Source: Lingula anatina
Taxonomy: Eukaryota; Animalia; Brachiopoda
Length of the DNA: 64,000 nt
Assembly: GCA_051362555.1 (NCBI GenBank)
Contig: CM120641.1
Location: 48,552,401-48,616,400, forward strand
Reading direction: 5' to 3'
Both the position numbers and the translations under genes were made by a program. Under the pieces are notes generated by a model that saw nothing but the letters and a program-made list of their open reading frames with translations, ran no database searches and was not told where the DNA came from. The first letter of the stretch is position 1; each line of letters begins with the position of its first letter. Below, one piece after another: positions 1 through 11,831 of this stretch.

Positions 1-228
1 CTTTTGGTTCTTACCCTGTCCTATAATACCAATTAAGGTACTGTACTACAACACTGCACCTATTCCTGTCTTACCTAAGGAGGTGATATAATAAGGTGTA
101 CCTTACCGTCCTACCTGCAGAGGTGATGTATTATTATGGCAGGTAAGTACCCCCTGTACACCTTAATTTAAGGTATACCTACCCGCCCTACCTGAGAAGG
201 TGCTATTTTAAGGTATACCAGTACCTAC

Positions 229-424
229 CTGCTCTACCTGCAGAGGTAGTATTAAGCAGTTGATTTGAGATCTCTTCCTGGTCGTCATAGGTTAATACCA
301 TGCGGCTACGAAGAGGCGCAAAGAACTTCTTAACATCTACTGTTTTGACCAGCAGTTCCCTGTGTTCTAATAGACACTGCTGGAGTTTCTCGTATGCAGC
401 CCAATCTTCTTGCAAGTCTGCCAT
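229..424 (-). CDS. First coding exon of a CARD (death-fold) domain protein, CARD9/CARMA/BCL10-like; gene continues beyond the left edge
   Basis: Peptide LEHRELLVKTVDVKKFFAPLRSRMVLTYDDQEEISNQLLNTTSAGRAG follows the CARD pattern (R..L...I....L..YLR...VL...D.EEI......S..RAG.LLD.L). Acceptor ttcttacag before 436, ATG at 424 in good context, donor AG|GTAGGT after 229. Likely upstream non-coding exon ending at 809 (donor GTAAGT). Confidence 0.7.
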
Positions 425-1077
425 GGTTGTTTAAAACTGTAAGAAGACTACAAAGTGCTTTTTTACGCACTTATCCTGCCAAGAAAATACAATTGCACGA
501 AAATCTAATCATAATAATAATAATGATATAACACACTGTACAGGGGGTATTACCATATTAAAATACATGTATAATATTACTTATCAAAAAGTAAAATTCT
601 ACTCCTTATTTAAATTCAAACGATAGCGACAATGTTATATTATATGATATGAAATATCAAGCAATCTGTCAAGGGTTTTTGTAAAGTTAAACGATTTGCT
701 GCACTATCTCTCAACATTGCATGTATGTGTTTGTACATGTGATTATTTAAATTCACAGGTAGGGCCTACTACATGTAGTACTAACAGTAGATTGTTATAA
801 CAACTTACAAGCACCGGTAGACTCTTGAGTGTTGATTGTTGATGATTCCACTGGATACCTTAAACACAGATAGACTTCTACTTTCCGTCACTTGACTTCC
901 ACGTTGTGGTTTGTCCTTCCTGTAACCTGGGGCATTTTGATCAGGGTCTCACTATCTGAGACCGCAACCAGGAAGTTGACACAGACCAGGAAAGGTCGAA
1001 GGTCAGAGGGTAAATGGACAACATCTGCGCGTGCGTAATAGGGCCGGTTATGCAGACGGCGCGGCTTTGTGTACTCA

Positions 1078-2815
1078 CTTCCTTGGTCAAACAGAAAGGT
1101 GTAAATTACAGCGCAATTCACCCGATTTATTTTATTTATCACAAAACAACATTCAAATAACACAACTTGCAAAGTTTTCTGTTTAATAGGATCACGTTAT
1201 AATAAAACACTTCGTTTAAAGCCATTTTTTTTTTTGCTTTTTGCATTCACGACAGTGTATTCTTTGTTGATGTCAGTGTGCCTTGTAAGTGGCGGTTTAA
1301 TTTTAAGGGGGGGGGGGTAGTTTAATACCAATTAAAATTGATCTTAACGGATAAGTTTTCAATCTTATTTATTTATTTAATAAACAAGAACAACATGTTT
1401 TATCTTATATAAAACAATTTGCAAACAAGCTTAGCGCAGAGCTATTTTAATATAAAAGGCCCCCAGTTAGACGGCGATATTTTCACCAGTTGATTTTCCA
1501 TTTTCTTGGTCACTCATGTTTCCGTACAGTGTACATGTGCCATTTCTAGTCAAACACCCTCGGATGATTTCACCGATAGTAACAAGAATTAGGCCTACAA
1601 TGACATATATTTTTTGTTTAGGTACGAAAAACCCGGTAATTTTTAATCATTCAAAAGGCGGAAAGCGCGACGAACATGCAGGCTTTTAAAATAGCGGCAA
1701 TGACTACGACTTTATAAAGGTATAGGCCTACTAGGGATTATAGGCCTAATGCTCACTCATTTACTTTCCATAAATTCACTTTTCTAGTTAAATTTAGCAT
1801 TTTGCACTTTTTTTTTTTTTATATATATATTTTGTATTTTTTATACTTAAAAATATAAAATTATTATTTTAAAACTCAACAGTTGTAATGAAAATACTTG
1901 GTGTATTCCTTCGCTATACTCCGATTCTCAACCGCTTCCATGTCCGCATTAACACTGTGTTCCAAGCATGGAAATGGGCATACCGGTATATGTATGACCA
2001 ACAAAATGGAAAATCAGATGATGCTCGTTTCGAAATAAAATGTTCACCTTATTTTCGTTACATTTAGAACTTTTGTTTTCTGTAAATGTATTTGAATAAA
2101 GGCTAGGAAATGCCTGTGCATCTCATCTACATAGTTGGACGGAAGCTGGTAGACAACTAAATTTCTGTCTGAGCTGGCACTGTCGAACGGGACTGGGCAA
2201 CCATCTAATTTTCACACCTCTCTAATTTCATTTCCACGCCGAGCCATGTATGAGGTTTTAAAAACAATAACATACTTGTGTGATATAAAAATTATATCTG
2301 TATAGCACGTTTCCAATGATTATGAGTACACCGGAATTATGGGAAGTGCGCAACGTGGGTCGCCGTCCAAAATGGGTCCTGTGACGCTATAAAATTAAAG
2401 GCTCTACGCTAAGCGTGTGTGCAAACTGTTTTATTTCAGATTAAACCGTGCTGATTTTATCTAATAAATCAATCAATAAATAAATAAGATTGTAATTTAA
2501 ACGATTCTAAGAGGATCATCTATAACTGGTATAAAGCGCGTGAGCTTTTGGCTTGTGCGCCTTTTTCAGGGTCTTACCCCCTCCCCTCAGATATCCGCCA
2601 CCGATTTACAATCTATACCGACAATACACTCTCCTGAATGCAACGAAGTGGCCTTGGAAAAGAAAAAATACGGGGGTTTGAACGAAGTGGTTTTTATAAA
2701 ACGTTAGCCAAACAGCACACTTTACCCCTTGTTCTATCACGAAGTTGGTTTGTAATTAATCAATTAAATCAGATAAATTGTACTGTAATCAACAACCTTC
2801 TGTTTGATCATGGAA
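1078..2815. repeat. Diverged inverted repeat pair (~1078-1155 and ~2740-2815, weaker inner match ~1338-1380 vs ~2470-2520)
   Basis: ttccttggtcaaacagaaagg...attacagcgcaatt is the approximate reverse complement of aattgtactgtaat...ccttctgtttgatcatggaa; spurious ORFs 888..1172 and 2638..2859 share FVINxxNxxNCxVIxxxLFDxG for this reason. Confidence 0.6.
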
Positions 2816-2950
2816 TTAACGGGCCCAGGGTGTGTACAGGAATCCACTGTATACATTAAATGAACAAAATAACAAAAAGTCTGAAATGAATTACTTTTGA
2901 TAACATATGTGAGAATATATATGTAAAATTATATAAACCTTTACATAAAT

Positions 2951-3052
2951 ATCACTCTTGGTTACATGTATATCACTCTTGGTTACATGTATATCACTCT
3001 TGGTTACATGTATATCACTCTTGGTTACATGTATATCACTCTTGGTTACATG
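2951..3052. repeat. Minisatellite, 21-bp unit ATCACTCTTGGTTACATGTAT x ~5
   Basis: Perfect tandem copies starting 2951, 2972, 2993, 3014, 3035. Confidence 0.95.
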
Positions 3053-3697
3053 CAAATTACCAAAGCTAGGAAATTAATATGTTACTTCTTTGGCAATACT
3101 GACGTAATACTTGTATAATAAACTCGACAATGCAATGTGAAAGTAATTGATAGCCGAGTGCAATAACAAATAATCTTGTTAAACAGAACATAGCAATACC
3201 TATGAAAACTTTCTTTTTCTTTGTTTTATCACAAATGCATATTTTTTAAAAAATAAAAATACTAAAATTTAAGAATTCAACCAAAAAAGTACAAAAACAC
3301 GATTTTACATTATATCACAGAAAAACATTATGATTATGAAAATATCTATCTAAGTTAGACTATGATTGTCATTAGTATTTTGATGAATATAGTAGAACTT
3401 GGTAAAAATGACCTTTCCATATTAGTTCACCAAATCCAGCAAAATACGTCATAATTACCTGAAACAGTTTTCCACAGATCCTTGAAATAGAATCCTTTTA
3501 ACTTGTCTTTGTATCAGAAAAAGCTTGGTCACTTTTATATAAAAATTTACAACTAGGCCTATTACTATTTATTTATAGAATACTGAACTCAGAAGGAAAA
3601 ATTAAAATCAACATATAATCCTTGGTTTAAAAGTATAAGCCAAATAATGAAAATATTTGCAATGTCCAAATGATGACATTACTGCCAAGGCGGTACT

Positions 3698-5297
3698 TTA
3701 CACAGATCTCTCCTCAACTTTTAAAATTATTGGCTTTTCAGGTTTCATTGGATTTGACTTGGAGAGCACCAGAGGAACCTGTGTCTCCGCACACGTCTTC
3801 AACGTGAAGTTCTGCAGGACCTTCACAATGATAATCTTCATCTCGAGCAGGGCCAGACGCATACCAATACAGTTGCGGGGCCCCATACCGAAGGGCATGT
3901 ACCAGTAGGGGTTGCGTTTTGCTTTCTCCTCTGGCGTGAATCGCTCTGGGTCGAACTTCTCAGGGTCCGGGTACTTTTCAGGATCCATGTGGATGGCGTA
4001 GATTGGAATTGCCACGGCTGTCCCCTTGGGAATGAATAAGCCGTTCACGGTGGTGTCTTGGTTGGCCACACGGTCTACACGAATGCCAACGGGATAAAGC
4101 CTCATCGACTCATTCAGAACCTGCTCCAGATAGCCCAACTTTGACACAGTGTCGTAAGTGGGTTCGGCACCTTGCAGCACGTCGTCAATCTCTTGTATTA
4201 GTCGCTGCTGTATCTCAGGATGGGTGGCCAGGAGATAGGTTGTGAATCCTAGAGTGTCATTTGCAGTTCCAAAACCTGCGATGAAGAAAATCAGCCCGTT
4301 GCCTGCAATTTCTTCCGTCGTCAGGGCTTTTTTCTTCCATTTTTCCACCTCTTTCTCGTCATCACCCAGATCAGACGTAGACATGGTGTGCGCAGTCAAC
4401 ATCAACTGCAGAAAATCGTTGAAGTGTCCCTTCTGGGCTTGCTTTCTCTCATCCAGAAGAGCTTTTGTGGTTTCCCCAAAAAATTGGAATGACCCCAATA
4501 CCCCACGGAATCCAGGAACGTGCCGAAGGATGGGTGACAGCTTTTTTATCAAGCGAGGTGCAAAAAACATGAGGAAGACGACAGGATCTGCCAAACTGAT
4601 ATTATTAGCTTTTTCTGCATTTTTTACAAAGGGGTGGTTAGGGTTGTTCAGCGAGTCAACCTCGACTCCAAAAGCTGTAGTGCATATCACGTCCATTGTG
4701 AACCAACCCCAGATTTTATTGTCGAAGCTCTCTCCAGCTTTGGCTTTCTTCTTCAAGTTTTCAATCAGGGTGTTGGCGCACTTAAGAATCATTGCCTCCA
4801 TGTGTCGAAGCTTACCGGAACTGAACGTTGGAGTCAACGTACTTCGCATCTAAAACGTGAAAAAAGACCATTTCAGACCGTTTGTTTTTAGCTACAAAGG
4901 GAGTCAAAACATATTTTAAGAGAACTGGGCCTCGTAACGCGGTCGCAGTGCGCGATGCTTTCGTGTTACGGGGCCCTGGGCTGTTTTCATCTAGAATATT
5001 AACCTTTCTTAATATTTTTTTTAATTTTCACATATCTTTGTAATTGCGTTCCCTGGTATTTGTTCTTATGTAAAGTTTATTGAACATTTAAGTTCTAAAA
5101 TAATCATGTTTTCATAAGTTTAAGTACCATTTGCGGTCTTAACATATGTTAATATGTACATGTCATAACATGTTGATCAGGCATAACCCCGCCCCCTTGA
5201 GCTTGACGCAAAGTAAACACTGCAATCAAGGAGTGTGCAATAAGTGGGCCAAATTATGCAAACGGCGATTACATGTACTAAGACTTTGAAGACGTAC

Positions 5298-5366
<69 letters not shown>

Positions 5367-6003
5367 TTCTCTAAAGACTTAAAAAAGATGAGTGAAACAA
5401 GGAGCGCAGTCAGATCAGCAGACTAACATATTCGCGCAACAAATATGGCCGACCCACTGGTATGCAATTGCGTAATCCCCGCGGGGAATTTATTCAGTGT
5501 CTAATCGGGAATTAAGCGGCAAATTTTTTGGTGGGTCGCCATATTTTATGCGTGTATCTGATATTTGACCGCTGATGTGAATGCCCTCAAGGACTCGCTT
5601 TCCCTACCTGTTTCCACTGTTCACCTCTAACTGCAAAGACCGACTTGTCCACTGGCGATATTTCTATGTCAGGATCTGTATTCCTGTCAGTGAAGACGCT
5701 GGCCTGTTTTACCATCACCTCTTTTAACATTTCCGGGTCTGTGATCATAATATCCCCAAGGAAGTTAAAAAACATCCCCGAAGACAGGGCGACCGTGTTA
5801 CCATAGGTCTTAGTGACATTTAGATCGAAGTCACAAAGACCGTTTTTCATCAGGTCTACCATATGCCCCAGCAGGGGTAAAGGGGTTGGTCCTGGGAGGC
5901 CAAACTTACGCCTGTTGTCCCAGCTGTAGTGTAGGTAGATGATGGTCAGAACGGCTACAACCAACACAACAACTACCCACGAAGGCAGGAAGTAGAAATC
6001 CAT
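3698..6003 (-). CDS. Cytochrome P450, clan 3 (CYP3A-like), copy A; 2 exons, 515 aa
   Basis: Exon 1 6003-5608 (CAG|GTAGGG), exon 2 4849-3698 (ttttag|ATG), phase 0. N-terminal membrane anchor, PGPTPLP hinge, WxxxR across the junction (WKQMR), ESMR (ExxR), PERF, heme motif FGMGPRNCIG. Confidence 0.95.
5301..5362. repeat. (TA)n microsatellite in P450-A intron
   Basis: Direct reading. Confidence 0.95.
5405..5572. mobile_element. Small foldback/MITE-like insertion in P450-A intron
   Basis: Imperfect inverted repeat aaatatggccgacccac ... gtgggtcgccatattt; no counterpart in the paralogous P450-B intron. Confidence 0.4.
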
Positions 6004-6222
6004 GCTGTCTGGATCTGTTAATACACTGGAAATATGGCTGATTGTCTTAATCGTATTTCAGCGCAACCCATATATTGCACTGAAAGTCTGTTTGTGTGTT
6101 TATTTTAACACAATAGAATCTCAACAGCACAGGCGTCAAACGGTTGCGCATGGGCAGTGCGACTCGTAGATGAAGGCTGATCAAGTTTGTTTGTGTTTGA
6201 CCTACCCCCCCCCCCTACCCCG

Positions 6223-6224
<2 letters not shown>

Positions 6225-6268
<44 letters not shown>
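6225..6268. repeat. (CA)n microsatellite in the spacer between the P450 pair
   Basis: Direct reading. Confidence 0.95.
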
Positions 6269-6271
<3 letters not shown>

Positions 6272-6838
6272 CAAATAATCCTAGTTAGTGGGCCAAAATA
6301 CACCGAAAATAAGGGACGCGGTTTACCTGTTCAAACCAATGAGCCCCGGACCCTGTATAATAGAGATCTCTCTCTCTCGTACAGGACACTGGACATCGTG
6401 ACGAAAAAATAAAGTACTGAAAAATAACGTACCAGGAGTGGACGATACCAAAAGTTAATTTTTAAAAATAATATGCGTGGATGGAACGATTAAAAATAAA
6501 CATCAATTAAAACAATTATATATTCTTATTAATTTATTTTGGTCTTTCAGTTAAGACCACTTTTAAACTGTTAAAGTTCTTTAATGAGATGCCTCTGACT
6601 CTTTCTGCACCGCTGCATATTATCCTCTGATGTCACAGAGATCACTTTGCGTGAGACTACTAGCGACCCCTTGACGAGTTAATGTCACTACACATGCGCA
6701 TACCTTTGACACCAGTGCTGTTGAGATCCTAAATAAACACACAAGCTGCAGTTTTCGGTCCAATATTTGTGTTGCGCTGAAATAAGATTAAGTTTAGACA
6801 ATCGGTCATATTGCCTGTGTACAGCAGATCCAGACAGC

Positions 6839-9121
6839 ATGGATTTCTTCTTCCTGCCTTCATGGGTAGTTGTCGTGTTGGTTGTAGCCGTTCTGACCAT
6901 CATCTACCTACACTACAGCTGGGACAACAGGCGCAAGTTTGGCCTCCCAGGACCAACCCCTTTACCCCTGCTTGGACATATAGTGGACATGATAAAATAC
7001 GGTCTTTGTGACTTCGATCTACATGTCACTAGGACCTACGGTAAGACGGCCGCCTTGTCTTCGGGGATATTCCTTAACATTCTGGGGGATATTATGATCA
7101 CAGACCCGGAAATGTTAAAGGAGGTGATGGTAAAACAGGCCAGCGTCTTCACGGACAGGAATGCAGATCCGGACACGCAAATATCGCCAGTGGACAAGTC
7201 GGTCTTTGCAGTAAGAGGTGAACCGTGGAAACAGGTGAGCCCTTGTCTCACTCATTTTCTTAAAATACTTTTAAGACCGCCCATGTATATTTATATAATA
7301 TAGTATTAAAGGTTAGTCTCAGTCCCCATTCCCAGAGATTAGATCGATCCAACTAGATCGACCTAACTCCCTGGGGGTTCACACTAAATAGCTGTCAGCC
7401 GAGCGGGCACTAAAGTTAATTACCCCCTTACAGCTTGTAGTAGGTGGGACGGACATTTAAGCCGAATTATCTGACAGTAATCTAGTGAGACTCCCCACGG
7501 GGATAGATCGATCTAAAATCTATGGGAATGCGCCCCTAGTAATCGCCGTTTGCATAATTTGACCTACTTATTGCACACTCCTTGATTTCAGTGTTTACTT
7601 TGCGTCACGCTCAGGGGGGCGGGGTTATGCCTGAATAACATGTTATGACATGTAGACCTATATATGAACATATTTATGGACCGCATAGCTTGTGCCAAAA
7701 CTTATAATAATATGCTTATTTAAAGACTAAAACGTTTGAACCAATTTAAAATGTTCAGTAGGCTTTACATGAGAACAAATAGCTAGGCCTTCTAAAAACG
7801 CAATTACCAAAATATGTAAGATTAAAATAATTATTAAGAAAGATCAATATTTAAAACTCATAAAACCAATTTCAAGTTGGATGATCAGTTATAGAATTTC
7901 CTTTAAAAATGTTTTGACTCCCTTTACAAAAAAAAAATAGGTCTGAAATGTTCTATTTTGTCGTTCTAGATGCGAAGTACGTTGACTCCAACGTTCAGTT
8001 CCGGGAAGCTTCGACACATGGAGGCAATGATTCTTAAGTGCGCTAACACCCTGATTGAAAACTTGAAGAAGAAAGCCAAAGCTGGAGAGAGTTTTGAAAA
8101 CAAAATCTGGGGTTGTTATACAATGGACGTGATATGTGCTACAGCCTTTGGAGTCGAGGTTGACTCGCTGAACAACCCTAACCACCCTTTTGTAAAAAAT
8201 GCAGAAAAAGCTAATGATATCAATCTTTCAGATCCTGCCGTTCTCCTCCTCTTTTTTGCACCTCGCTTGATAAAAAAGCTGGCACCCATCCTTCGGCACG
8301 TTCCTGGATTCCGTGGGGTATTGAGCTCATTCCATTACTTTGGAGAAACGACTAAAGCTCTTCTGGATGTGAGAAAGCAAGCCCAGGAAGGACACTACAA
8401 TGATTTTCTGCAGTTGATGTTGACTGCGCACACCATGTCCACGTCTGATCTGGGTGATGACGAGAAAGAGGTGGCAAAATGGAAGAAAAAAGCCCTGACC
8501 ACGGAAGAAATTGCGGGCAACGGGATGATTTTCTTCATTGCAGGTTTTGGAACTGCAAATGACACTTTAGGATTCACAACCTATCTCCTGGCCACCCATC
8601 CTGAGATACAGCAGCGACTAATACAGGAGGTTGATGATGTGCTGCAAGGTGCCGAACCCACTTACGACACTGTGTCAAAGTTGAGCTATCTGGAGCAGGT
8701 TCTGAATGAGTCGATGAGGCTTTATCCTGTTGGCATTCGTGTAGACCGTGTGGCCAACCAAGACACCACCGTGAACGGCTTATTCATTCCCAAGGGGACA
8801 GCCGTGGTAATTCCGATCTACGCCATCCACATGGATCCTGAAAAGTACCCGGACCCTGAGAAGTTCGACCCAGAGCGATTCACGCCAGAGGAGAAAGCAA
8901 AACGCAACCCCTACTGGTACATGCCCTTCGGTATGGGGCCCCGCAACTGTATTGGTATGCGTCTGGCCCTGCTCGAGATGAAGATTATCCTCGTGAAGGT
9001 CCTGCAGAACTTCACGTTGAAGACGTGTGCGGAGACACAGGTTCCTATGGTGCTCTCCAAGTCAAATCCAATGAAACCTGAAAAGCCAATAATTTTAAAA
9101 GTTGAGGAAAGATTTGTGTAA
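6839..9121 (+). CDS. Cytochrome P450, clan 3 (CYP3A-like), copy B; 2 exons, 515 aa
   Basis: Exon 1 6839-7234 (CAG|GTGAGC), exon 2 7970-9121 (ttctag|ATG). Same motifs as copy A; ATG 6839 is homologous to copy A start. Confidence 0.95.
7321..7536. mobile_element. Palindromic MITE (GGGxCCATTCCCA-type ends, PIF/Harbinger-like) in P450-B intron
   Basis: Ends cattcccagagattagatcgatc / gatcgatctaaaatctatgggaatg; close reverse-orientation relative at 16281-16500; absent from the P450-A intron. Superfamily assignment is inference. Confidence 0.75.
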
Positions 9122-10462
9122 AATACCAACTTGGCAGTAATGTTATCATTTGAAAATTGCAAAGATTTTAATTATATGGCGTACTTAATACTTTCAGATT
9201 AAGGTTTTTATGTTAATTTTAATTATTTCGTCTGGCTCTAACATTCTATAAATTAAATAATATTAGTTGTCAACTTTTTATAGAAATGTAACAAAGCTCT
9301 TTCTGTTAAAAGTATTTAAAAAGATTCCATTTAAAGGATGTTTGGGAAAACCATTCCAGGTAGGGGGCTAATTGTGATGTATTTTACTGAATCTGGTAAA
9401 ATCATATAGAAACGTCATTTTTACCTTTTTCTCTGAAATTCATCATTAGACAATTGACAATCATAATGGGGACTGAAATTATTTTCATAGTCAAAATGTA
9501 ATTCTGATGTGATATTATGTACTGCTAAGCTCACATTTTAGTGTTTTTATTAAAAATATCCATTTGTGATAAAACGAAGAAAAAGAAACAGTTTTCATTG
9601 GTATTTCTTTGAAATGTTCTGTTAAACAAGATTATTTGTTACTGCATTCAGGTATCAATTACTTCTACATTGCATTGTACAAAAGTTATGTAATAGAAAA
9701 TTTTGGGACTGTAAAAGATATTACGTCAGAATTGCCAAAGAAGTTACATATTGATTTCTTAGCTTAGTAAATTGCATATAACCAAGAGCGATTTACAATT
9801 TAATATTGGGGTAACGGTTTATATAATTTTACACATATATTCTCACATTTGTTATTAGAAATAATTCATTTTTATCGTTTTGTTCATTTTATGTATACAG
9901 TGGACACCGAAGATCTTGTTACGTAGTTATTTGAATTATAGTCTATTGTCGTCTATCTTGAACAAATTTTGCGGGACGGAATTTTTCTTTGGTATTAGCT
10001 GAAACTTGTGATAATTGCGGACCTCGAAAGTGTCTTATTTCTGGTAAGTCTATTGTGTTTGTAATATATACAGAAAAAAAGAGTAGATCCTTTAATTTCA
10101 TTACTTTAAACTGTGATTGCAAATATTTCTACATATCAGGTTCGTGGCAAGCAGAGTTTAATTGGGGGAATAGTAGTTTAGAAAATATTGACATAGGATT
10201 TGCATTATTCTGGTATACATTGGGATTAAGAAATGGACAGGACCAGCCCCTTAACTGCGCTTAAGACTTGTGTTTGATAATGCACTCCCACCTCAATCCC
10301 CATGATGCGCATGTACAGTATTATCCACCATGTCAAATAATCTGACAGGTAAATATGGCATATTCAATCAGTATTACTCGGAGTGTTAGTATTTGTTTAG
10401 AATACACTTTAATTTCTCTGCTATGCATATTTATGTATAACCTAGAGAGGTGTCAGCATTTA

Positions 10463-10690
10463 CAGGGGCAGATCCAGGATTATTTGAAGTGGGGGGGGGG
10501 GGCGGAATGACAGGCCTTGGGTTTGGTGTGGGGTTAGGGGCCTACTCAAGGGCTCCGAAAATAGTTTGGTGTTTAATATGGAGAGCAAACAGTGCCCTCT
10601 GATTTAGCTATTCAAAAGGGGAATATTGGTGTGATATATTTTTCAAAAACCGAAGGGCGGGTCAGGACCCCCCTGACCCCCTCTAAATCA
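10463..10690. mobile_element. Non-autonomous DNA element, CAGGGGCGGATCCAGG terminus family (hAT-like)
   Basis: caggggcagatccaggattatt also at 16137 and, reverse-complemented, at 15381-15402. Confidence 0.6.
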
Positions 10691-11831
10691 TAACAAGGAT
10701 TGTAGGCCTAATGTAAGCAGTCTGTGAACCATGAGTGTCCGACATTTGGATGTAATAATTAACAATTTATTTGTTCTATTAAAAGGATATATCTTGAATA
10801 AGTTTATAATAAAGCACATCGAACAAAATGCGAGTTTTAATTTGTAGTTGATGAACGTGGTGTGGGTTTGAAGAATACACCACTGTTTATATCGGCAAAA
10901 CGCTGCACATTGGAAATGAGCCCAAGACAGGCATGAGGAAAAATGAGAACGCCATGATCAGTTGTAGGCCTACGGTTCATTTCTCCCTCGACTAGTGCCA
11001 CTAGCTTTAATATCTAGAACGTAAAACATAACTTTAAATAAAACAAAAGAAAGTAGGCCCTATTATTAATCCAGAGCAGAGGTTTAAAAAAACGCCATTT
11101 TTTTAAAAAAGAGAAAAGTAACGAAGATAAATAACACACAATCTCTTACCTCTTTTCAATGCATATTTAAGCATTAAATTTTTCTGTCACTCATCAGGGC
11201 GCGAAATATGAATGAATGTGAATAAGTCTTAGGGGGGCCTATTCATTTTCATGTTTTCAATATTTTTCATTGCATCGTAATTTTTCAATACAGAGATATA
11301 TCTATTAGATATTTCAGAGAGATTCCATTTAACTGAAACATTTTACATTTAATCTAAGAGAAATGAAGATGAAGCAAAATTGAAAATAAATGAATAAATG
11401 GGGAGAGATATAACATTAGGAAAATTGTGTAGGAATTTACCATCCGTTTGCATCGGTGGGCAGTGGTTGCAGTTTTCAGAGTCGCATACTGAACTGTTTT
11501 TTACCTAATGTGAGTGAAATCTTCCTCAAAATTCATAATTATTTATACCTGCAATCAACAGTCAAATGGTTATGATGTCATATCTTTATATGGTTTGTGA
11601 AGAATTAGATAAATGATGGTTTTGCTTTCATTTTAAATCTTAAAACTGAACTAGAAAGAGGCCTACATTGTGGGCCTGCTATGGGTAGGTAGGTCTAGGT
11701 TTAATAGGTTGCATTGGCCTAATAGGGCCAAGTAGGATAATTATTTCTATAGTGAAAACAAATGTATATAAATCTTTGAAGTACATATTTTATATGATTA
11801 CACGCTAAGGTGTCGTTTTTTAGGTGCAAAA

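Larger units (their letters stand above)
2843..9904. repeat. Inverted (head-to-head) segmental duplication, arms ~2843-6165 and ~6675-9904, ~0.5 kb unique spacer
   Basis: Reverse-complement similarity covers 5' leader, both exons, part of the intron and ~0.8 kb of 3' flank (tccactgtatacattaaatgaacaaaa at ~2842 vs ttttgttcattttatgtatacagtgga at ~9878-9904). Confidence 0.9.

Noticed and set aside
888-2859. Two short ORFs with similar peptides as a small gene family
   Set aside because: Similarity is limited to a short non-coding inverted repeat; no splice or domain support.
2951-3052. CRISPR-like array
   Set aside because: Units are contiguous with no unique spacers, and the context is eukaryotic; it is a minisatellite.
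4242-4853. 203-aa plus-strand ORF and similar antisense ORFs over the P450, GPCR and G3BP exons
   Set aside because: Shadow ORFs of real coding exons; broken in the paralogous copy; no motifs.
5244-5426. Low-complexity ORFs (YIYI, THTH, ERER, poly-L) here and at 6170, 34239-34662, 39001
   Set aside because: Translations of microsatellites.
6767-6838. N-terminal extension of P450-B in the ORF track
   Set aside because: Starts at a non-ATG codon; the ATG homologous to copy A is at 6839, directly before the membrane anchor.
2843-9904. Inverted duplication as an assembly or read fold-back artefact
   Set aside because: Arms differ by many substitutions, indels and copy-specific insertions, and both frames are intact.
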